From Antechinus flavipes (lineage: Eukaryota), in the NCBI RefSeq assembly GCF_016432865.1, contig NC_067403.1:256622026-256682000 (forward strand): 59,975 nt of DNA, read 5' to 3'. The position numbers and the translations under genes were made by a program. Each line of letters starts with the position of its first letter. Position 1 is the stretch's first letter. Below the pieces are notes generated by a model, which was given only the letters and a program-made list of their open reading frames with translations, had not been told where the DNA came from and ran no database searches. Positions 59,471-59,975 of this stretch are shown in pieces.

Positions 59471-59975
59471 TGCCATCTTGGTGAGTGATGGGTCTAGTCG
59501 GCAGAGACAACAATGACAGGTACAGAAAGAGGCAGAAACAAATACAAAAGGTGGAGTGTGATGGGGGGGAACCCCGGAAGCCTCTGCTTTGGGAGAAGGC
59601 TCCATCTCCTCTCATTTTGGGGAGGGGCCTGGGCTCCCCAACTTTTATGCCCCCTGAGACTCCTTCACTGTGGGTTCCTTCCTTGCCTGGTTTGATGAGG
59701 TGCCAGAGGGCGAGAGCTGGAGTCGTCCCCCAATGCCTTGACCAAGTTCCCAGTTCCCTCCGGGGCTCAGCTGCTTGGCAGCATAAAGTGGGACTCAGGC
59801 AGCCTCCGTGGGCCTCTTGGGGCCCAAAGGGGACACATCCCTAAACCGAGGGGACTGGCATTGGATTGGGCATCACAAAGGTCCCTCCCCCCTCCGCCTT
59901 CGGGAATTCTACATGTGTCCTGTTCTCCCCTAGCCCGGACATCCTAAGCTCCGCGTCCGGGGCGCCTCCTTGCCC

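Noticed and set aside
59400-59975. Start of NPAS4
   Set aside because: GC rises at the window end but no bHLH-PAS coding sequence is visible.

Overview
Marsupial genomic DNA, probably dasyurid (WSINE1 and Mar1 CORE-SINEs, dasyurid-type L1 3' ends), syntenic with human 11q13.2. After a 720-nt assembly gap, a very GC-rich, gene-dense block (~0.7-33 kb) holds four intact minus-strand genes reconstructed exon by exon with GT-AG junctions and consistent phases: RIN1 (10 coding exons, 773 aa), BRMS1 (9 coding exons, last acceptor ambiguous), B4GAT1 (2 exons, 438 aa) and SLC29A2/ENT2 (12 exons, 448 aa), plus a plus-strand tRNA-Ser(GCT). The rest (~34-60 kb) is intergenic and TE-rich; NPAS4, expected next by synteny, is not seen. 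Most long ORFs in the track are artefacts of GC-rich or tandemly repeated DNA. I found no new protein-coding system. The best leads are non-coding: (1) three L1 3' ends stacked head-to-tail between four copies of one target site next to a consensus CTCF motif, with the same 15-mer also preceding an L1 35 kb away; (2) a ~940-bp intronic VNTR in SLC29A2 that is both a ~30-copy T-box/E-box array and a ~1-kb AG-free zone abutting the exon 3 acceptor; (3) other motif-loaded VNTRs (SOX array, promoter G4 array); (4) two young inverted solo LTRs, one nested in an L1; (5) a Tc2-like MITE; (6) a likely C-terminally extended BRMS1.
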